Notes under the pieces: generated by a model
The model's input: the letters and a program-made list of their open reading frames with translations, nothing else
Database searches by the model: none
What the model was told of the DNA's origin: nothing
Source: Octopus vulgaris
Taxonomy: Eukaryota
Assembly (NCBI GenBank): GCA_951406725.2
Contig: OX597821.1
Span: forward strand, 31,868,001-31,932,000
Direction: 5' to 3'
Length of the DNA stretch: 64,000 bases
Part shown: positions 56,931 to 64,000 of the stretch, one piece after another
Layout of the letters: each line of letters begins with the position of its first letter
Numbering within the stretch: position 1 is the stretch's first letter
Made by a program: the position numbers and the translations under genes

Positions 56931-58797
56931 TTGGAAGATTTCGAAGCGGACCTGCTGAAGATCATGAGCAAAATAAAGTTTCGTAAGTCTTTTAACAATT
57001 TCCAACATAAATTGAAAAAAGATATTGATCATATAAAAAGCTCCAAGAAAAAAGCACTTTTTTCGGATAAAACCAAGAATTTATACCTGGTAGATAACAG
57101 CAAATACACACAACTCTTACACAACAGCATCATTAATAATTATACTAAGGCTAGGGCACAGACATATAACGAAATTAATAAAGAAGCTAGCGTCATCGCC
57201 GCTAAACTTAAATTAGATAAAAAAATAGTAACCCTCCCCAAAAAGAGGCCTTTATTACTATTAAAGCCCACAAAGAAAACTTCCTTTCCAATCCTAAATG
57301 TAGGCTTATCAACCCAGCCAAGTCAGAACTAGGGATTATTAGCAAAGAAATTTTAGATAAAATAAATACGAAAATTAAGACCGATACTAGGCTAGTGCAA
57401 TGGTCCAATAGTATAGAAGTCGTAGACTGGTTTAAAGCTATTAAGAATAAGAAAAAAGCGAGGTTTACACAATTCGATATTGTTGATTTTTATGCCTCTA
57501 TCTCTAAAGAACTGCTAGATAAAGCCCTAATCTTCGCTAGTGACTTCATAGAAATTAGTACCAATGATAAGGATATAATCTTCCATGCTAGAAAGACATT
57601 ACTTTTCAGTGAGAATGCAAAGTGGGTAAAAAACACCGACACGGAGGGCGCTTTCGATGTGAGCATGGGTTCATATGATGGGGCAGGCATCTGTGATCTA
57701 ATTGGACTCTTTCTCCTAGATACCTTCAGTAAGACATTCCCTAACGTACATTTCGCCATCTACAAAGATGATGCCCTCGCCTTAACAGCTAATACAAATG
57801 GACCAGCACAAGATCGTTTTAGGAAGGATATTATCCAGTTAATGAAACACTTCGGACTTAGTATAACTATAGACACTAACCTGACGGTTGTCAATTTCTT
57901 AGACGTTTCCTTAGATCTTAATAATAATATTTATAAGCCTTATAGGAAGCCCAATGATAGACTAAGTTATATTAATGTAGGTTCATGCCATCCCCCTATA
58001 GTATTCAAAAATTTAGTTAAAAATATTAGTAAGAGGATTTCTAGCCTCTCATCTAATGAGGACATCTTCAATAGCGTTGCCCCAGTTTATAATAAAGCTT
58101 TAAAAGATAGTGGTTTTAGCGAAAAAATAAAATATACACCTATCACCAGCCCAACAATAAGGAAAAGGAATAATAGAAATAGGAAGGTCATCTGGTTTAC
58201 GCCCCTTACTCACCCGAGGTGGCCTTCAATATAGGTAAATATTTCCTAGCACTGATAGATAGACATTTTCCAGTTAACCATGCTTATAGGAAACTCTTCA
58301 ATAGACACAATTTAAAAATTAGTTTTAGTTCAACTACCAATTTTAAAAACATAATCAATCATAACATACAAAAAACACAAGAAGAAAACAGCTGTTCATG
58401 CAGGAATAAAGAATTGTGCCCGCTAAATGGAGCTTGCATGTCCAAGACCATCATATATGAAGCTACCGTAAACTCTATAACCACTAAAGACACCGTTTCG
58501 ACGAAGAAATACGTGGGCCTGACAGAGGGTAATTTCAAGGCCAGGTTCAATAACCACACTTTGAGCTTTAGGCACTGGAACAAAAGAAAAGCGACACAAT
58601 TATCCAATCATATTTGGTCTTTAAGAGATAAAGGTGTCGATTATAACATACAATGGAAGATTTTGGCCAGATGTAAGCCCTATACTAACGGCAGCGGAAG
58701 GTGCGGTTTATGCGACATGGAGAGATGGCTTATCTGGAAAAGCAGCTTAGACCCTACCACATGTCTAAATACAAGGACAGAGCTTTTCGGATCATGA
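56931..58797 (+). pseudogene. PLE reverse transcriptase-GIY-YIG endonuclease ORF, frameshifted
   Basis: SDKTKNLY; CRLINPAKSELG; QFDIVDFYASI; FDVSMGSYDGAGICDLIG; YKDD; VNFLDVSL; CSCRNKELC (CxCx5C); YVGLT; CGLC. Frameshifts near 57240 and 58203; 10-bp deletion near 58796. Confidence 0.95.
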
Positions 58798-59035
58798 CTA
58801 AATTTCTGTTACGTTTTTGGTCCCCTAAAGAAAACGGATAGAATATGCTTTCTGTGTTATGTCCCAAGAAGATTTTATATATTTTTATATATTTTTATAT
58901 ATTTTTATGTATTTTTATATAATTTTTATGACGAAAAATTCGAGCGATGTATAAGTACGCAGGCAAAGCAGAGTTATAACAGAGTAATTTCCCTTCATTT
59001 TTAACGGTATTTTTTCATAACGTTTTCAAATAGCC

Positions 59036-59098
59036 AGATAACCGAAGAGATGGTGTTGTGGATTTCCACTTCGGCATCTGAAACTCAGAGTTTTATCT
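59036..59098 (+). ncRNA. PLE pLTR type I hammerhead (CCGAAGA core variant)
   Basis: AGATAA-CCGAAGA-GATG..CATC-T-GAAA-CTCAGAG-TT-TTATCT: perfect 6-bp stem I, quasi-palindromic stem III, GUU site. Confidence 0.75.
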
Positions 59099-59201
59099 TG
59101 ACTACCGAGTAATGTAACATATTGTATAGATAAATTTCCTCTATTTACATAATATTGAGGTCTCTTTCTTTCTTTTGTTATCTTACCGTTTTATCAATAT
59201 A

Positions 59202-59251
<50 letters not shown>

Positions 59252-60081
59252 GTCAGGCATACAGGTATGGGCGTATTTCAACAGTTTATAATGATATATA
59301 TATATATACTCTATGCTAAAGTGTTTTTAATATATTTTTAAATGTTTTAGTAAGATTGTTTTCGTATATAAATAAAATAAAGAGATAATATTGGAAAGGA
59401 ATGGTTATGAGTTATATGATTGTTGTCTTTAGCATGGTAAATTAAGAAATATAACGAATATAGAAAGCATTTTAGCAAGGGAATGTTATTTATATATGAC
59501 TAAGTAAATAAGGTTTAATGATTAAAGTTATAGATATGAATTCAGGCTCTAATATGTATCTAATTAATAGAGTTTGAAGTTTAGTAAATTATTAATGGTA
59601 GATATGAAACCAAAATATAAGTGATATTAATAATTGTAAAGTGTGTGCAAATAGGGGGAAAATTTATAGACGTTCTCATTTAACGATTATTTTCTATAAA
59701 AATATTTAATATTTAATGTGTATCGGGTATGATATTTAGATTCAAAAATAACGAAAGCGTAAAAGAAACAGAAAATGAAATGTACGATAATTTACTGTCT
59801 ATATTTATATTTATGAATTATTGTCGATAGGTTACTGAAATACATTGAAACTCTTTAATATGTACACCGGTTTTAAAATATAAATACAAAAGTAACTAAA
59901 ATGGTACTGAGATATACAATAGCAGAATTTAGCGAGGAAAAGTAGTAAAAGGAAAGCAGATATGGAGTAAATTTATAGGTAAGGTAATGTTTTAGGGAGT
60001 AAAAAATATATTTGAATAATAAACTATACTTAACTTCTATACTTAAGAGATGAGGAAATATGTACCTCATTTACATTATTT

Positions 60082-60903
60082 ACATTTGACGGATATTTGT
60101 CCTCAACTGGTTTGATGTTAACATAACGTTTCGGTTGATATATCCTCCAGGCGTCATCAGGTATCTCGGGAAAATTTCGAACCTGGGTCTGTTCGCCAAA
60201 GTCCCAACTGGTGAAACGCTATCGCTGACTGATGAAAAAGCTAGTGACAGACACCCATATAAAGAACGCACTTGTATACCAATAAGAAACTTGATGGAAT
60301 TGTTGACCTTCTGTGTAGAAAGTATCTACTTCAGTATGGACAATGATATATACCAAGAGGGTTAAGCTATGGGTTCGCCATTATTACCGATAATAGCGAA
60401 TATATACGTGGAATACTTTGAAAAATTGGCTTTAAGGTCAACACCACTAAAACCAACCCTATTGTTGCGATATGTTGATGGCACCTTCATAATCTGGCCA
60501 AGTGCTGTTAGATCATGTGAACTCAATAAAGCCATCAATGCAGTTCACAATGGAAAAAGAAAAAGACAATCAGTTAGCATTCCTGGACGCATTAATAACA
60601 CACACCAAGTATGTATTCTGAAGCTCAACTTCAACTCCCACCATCCATACAGTGTAAAGAGGGGGATTGCTCAGTGCCTATAATATGGAGTAATTAATAT
60701 GTGTAGCGATCGTGATACCCACAACGAAGAAATGATCAAGCTCAGTAACAATCTATTAAGCAACAACTACCCCAAAAGCATACTCTCTTCAATTATGAAG
60801 AAAAGAGAGGATGATACCGATAAATTGTCCACAGTCGGGCTCCCCTATGTGAAAGGCCTCTCCGAACAGATACAAAAGATATGCGGCCCATATGACATCG
60901 CAT
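60082..60903 (+). mobile_element. decayed Penelope/Poseidon-like PLE RT fragment preceded by an inverted pLTR
   Basis: LFAKVP..ELLTFCVESIYF..G*AMGSPLLPIIANIYVEYFE..LRYVDGTF..LNFNSHHP..KRGI..NNYPKS..LPYVKGLSEQIQKI. About 60082-60190 is an antisense terminal repeat containing an HHR. Confidence 0.9.
60120..60165 (-). ncRNA. minimal hammerhead, decayed
   Basis: GATAC-CTGATGA-CGCCTG..CAACC-GAAA-CG-TT-ATGTT: intact core, mutated stems. Confidence 0.6.
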
Positions 60904-61294
60904 TCGTTTTTCTTTCTCTCTTTGTTTATTATTTGATTTTGGAATTGTTTGTTTCTTGAATTGACTATACTTGCAAACACCACTCGGGACCAGTTTCCTG
61001 CCCATCAGGCGGTCGATTTCCTGCTTCTCATGCTATATTTTCCTAGTAACCGTTGTTGGTGATATAAAAACCACGACACCGCCTGACCGTCCTCCTCCAA
61101 TCGCAGCCCACCTTACGGTAATAACAATCACTTTCTCTCATTCAAATTCAAAATGGCTGAAGATTAGTATCACACATAAAATTCGGAGTATCAATGAATT
61201 TCAATCAAACCGTTTTGTTCAATACATGTAAATAACTCTCAATAAATGGGTTGAGCGCTTTTCTTTCGTCTGTCGACTAACTCGTGTTTATATG

Positions 61295-61360
<66 letters not shown>

Positions 61361-61394
61361 CATACATACATACATACATACATACATACATACA

Positions 61395-61430
<36 letters not shown>

Positions 61431-61435
61431 TATAT

Positions 61436-61560
61436 CGCCATGTTGAAGAGCGTAGGCTCGAAACGTAAAAGACTTGTTTTATTTATATTCCTGAGCGCCA
61501 TACTAATACAATAATATTCCACCTGCCTTCGTCTTTTGTTTATTTTCATAAAGCTTCCCG

Positions 61561-61563
<3 letters not shown>
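61436..61563 (+). mobile_element. short (TA)n-embedded element with hammerhead-like motif
   Basis: TGTTGAA-GAGC gtag GCTC-GAAA-CG-TA-AAAGAC; homologous to 23475-23662. Confidence 0.8.
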
Positions 61564-61597
<34 letters not shown>

Positions 61598-61848
61598 TAC
61601 ACACGCAGAAGTATACCTTAGCATACGCATTAATTAATGGGCAAATGAAAGAAACACTCAACATATTCTGTAGGGAATGCAATATCTTTCTCCTAATACT
61701 TTGAGTGAGATATGCATCACTTACATCTGGAAGTGCGAGCAGTGTTTGGATCTCCTAATTTGTCACACATCTTCATCCTTTGTGGACACCACCAGCCTCT
61801 CGGGACGCTAATACTGTATCATGTGTACATGTGTGTGTTTGTGCATGT

Positions 61849-61985
61849 ATATGAAGTGGTACCAAATGGTTCCACTAGTTATGTTTAATAAAAACATAAC
61901 TTATTTATCTAAGTTTAACATTATCTCCTTCGGAATAGTTACTTTGCGCAGAAATTCCCCGGTCCCAGCCTCCCTGCTACCATTA
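61849..61985 (-). mobile_element. mariner 3' end remnant related to 5612-6488
   Basis: Colinear with the reverse complement of about 6360-6488 (ACTAGTTATGTTT.ATAAAA). Confidence 0.55.
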
Positions 61986-63252
61986 TTAGTATGTCAAGAA
62001 AGTTCTTGCGGAATTTTAATTTTTGTTTTAAATGATGTATTTTCAAATTAATTTTCGTTAAATTACTTTGACTTTATATATCATTTTAAAGTCCGTTTTT
62101 CGCACTATCTAATTGTGTTACACTTTTTCGTTTTGAATGATTAGGCCATTTTATCCGGAACGTTAAATATAATATGGGAAAAAAGCAAATTCGCACAATT
62201 TATTATTCCAGTTCAAGTTAGGCCGAAAAGCTGCTGAAACTGTTCGCAATATCAACGATGCGTTTGGCCCAGGAACCACTAATTAACGTACAGCACAATG
62301 GTGATTCAAGAAATGTCGTAGCGGTGACGAGAGTCTTGAAGATGATAAGCACAGATGTCGGGCATCGGATGTCGACAACGATGAACTAAGAGCCTAAGTG
62401 GAATCCAATCCACACACATCTGTTCGAAAGCTTACACGTAACGTACACGACAATTTCTAACCACTTGAAAGAGAAAAACAAAAACACTTGAGAAATGGGT
62501 ACCGCATGAATTGAACGACAAGCCAAAAAAAAACAAACTCAGTTTTGAAGTGTCGCCTCCGCTTCTTTTAAGCAAACAAGAACGACCTGTTTCTCGACCG
62601 AATTGTAACTTTCGATGAAAGTGAATACTTTCGTTAACCGGCAACGCTCAGCTCAGTGGATGGACGCTGATGAATCTCGACGGCACTTCCTGAAGCCAAA
62701 GTTGCACCAAATGAAGGTCATGGTGACTGTTTAGTGGTCTGCGGCCGGTTTCACCCATCACAGCTTTTTGGATCCAGGCGAAACCATTACGACGGCGAAG
62801 TACTGTCAGCAAATGGATGAAATGCTTAAGAAAATCCGACAACAGCAAGCATTGGTCAACAGAAAGGGACCAATTTTTTTCCACGACAACGCTCGGCCGC
62901 ATGTCGCACAACTGACCCTGCAGTAGTTGAACGAATTGGGCTATGAATCTCTGTTTCATCTGCCATATTCACCAGACCTCTCGCCTATCGACTACGTCTC
63001 TTTCAAGCATTTCGACAACTTTCTGCGTGATAAATGCTTCAAAACCCAAGACGATGCCGAACACACCTTCAACGACTTCATCGCCATGAGATCGCAGGAT
63101 TTTTACTCTACTGGCATAAATAAAATTGTTTCGCGTTGGCAAAATGTTGATTCTGATGGTGTTTATTTCGATGCATAAAGTTTTGTTTGAGCCGAAATAT
63201 GTGCATCTGAATTTAAAGGTTAAAAACCGCAAGAACTTTCTTGACAGCCTAA
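61986..63252 (+). mobile_element. full-length decayed mariner, Hsmar1/cecropia-like
   Basis: TIRs TTAG..TGTCAAGAAAGTTCTTGCGG / CCGCAAGAACTTTCTTGACAGCCTAA with TA flanks. Pseudo-ORF 62174-63178: MGKKQIRTI..FQFKLGRKAAETVRNINDAFGPGT, WVPHEL, HDNARPH, PYSPDLSPIDY. Confidence 0.95.
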
Positions 63253-63283
63253 TAGAATTAGATCAGTTGGTGAAACAAATACG

Positions 63284-63703
63284 TTGAACCGGCGAGAATT
63301 TGGAGTCGAAATGTGGCTTGTCGCCACAATCGAAGACATCGAGAGAATCCCCTACCAGATCGAGGTTGAGAATGAAATGACGCTAAATGTTTTAGTGGAG
63401 GGAATGAGACCTAATTGCTATCTATGCGGAGTACGAGGACACATAAGGACCGTGTGTCCCTTATATGAATTCACACAAATCGAACAGACAGTGGAAAAGG
63501 AACAGAAGAAAGAGCAAAAGAAAGAAAGGATGCAGGAGAAAGTACAAACAGAAGCTGAACAAGTAGACAAGGACTGTACCAAGAAAGATAAAGACAAGAA
63601 GAAAAGTGAAAGAATCAAAGGAGGAGAGCGAGGGAGTTATTACCCCCAAAAGAAGAAAGAGATCGAAGACAAGGGAAAACTCAGAAAAAAACAAAAAATG
63701 TAA
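63284..63703 (+). mobile_element. gag/ORF1-like fragment with CCHC zinc knuckle, probably from a non-LTR retrotransposon
   Basis: VLVEGMRPNCYLCGVRGHIRTVCP (CX2CX4HX4C) followed by a K/E-rich region; abuts the mariner TIR. Confidence 0.65.
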
Positions 63704-64000
63704 GGAGAAATTTTAAACTAAGAAAAGGCAAGAGGAAGAAACAAATAACGAACCGCATAAATTTAAGGGGGCATTTATAACATACTAAAAAGTTCGAACA
63801 CAGAGAGAAGAATAGCGAAAATGAAGGGACTGCTAAAAGCAAGGCTGTCGGGAGACTCTTTTGACTCAACTGATGGCGGTATTTTTGTACCTGGGAGAGT
63901 TACGACATATTTCATGGACGGCTTCGCAAAAAACATAAAACTGGTGAAATGATGTCGGCTATATGAAAGCCCACCTACCATAATGGACTATGAGAGACTT

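Larger units (their letters stand above)
56884..59198 (+). mobile_element. near-full-length Penelope-like retroelement, Hydra-like, in (TA)n
   Basis: RT followed by C-terminal GIY-YIG, 3' terminal region with HHR, upstream inverted copy, (TA)n flanks. Confidence 0.95.

Noticed and set aside
56240-58607. ORFs 56240-56488, 57490-57759 and 58359-58607
   Set aside because: Antisense shadows of the PLE ORF.

Overview
AT-rich eukaryotic DNA packed with microsatellites ((TA)n, (CA)n, (ATAC)n, (GA)n, (TTC)n, (CAT)n). The SINE and transposon repertoire points to a cephalopod, probably Octopus (inference). I found no intact host gene, only a few weak exon candidates, and most ORFs in the track are microsatellite artefacts. 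Recognisable content: Tigger and mariner DNA transposons, TTAGGG-containing MITEs, a short Helitron, three tRNA-derived SINE families, LINE fragments, and Penelope-like elements (PLEs) of three apparent types (Hydra-, Neptune- and Penelope/Poseidon-like). The main hidden signal is RNA. Folding by eye gives about a dozen type I hammerhead ribozyme (HHR) motifs, intact or decayed, and each family has its own palindromic stem III. Three intact HHRs lie in a non-coding 535-bp unit arranged as a tandem-plus-inverted array (27708-29676), a retrozyme-like candidate source of circular RNA. Its tail-out inverted insertion in (TA)n matches the near-full-length Hydra-like PLE at 55706-59198, which may represent the kind of element that mobilises it.
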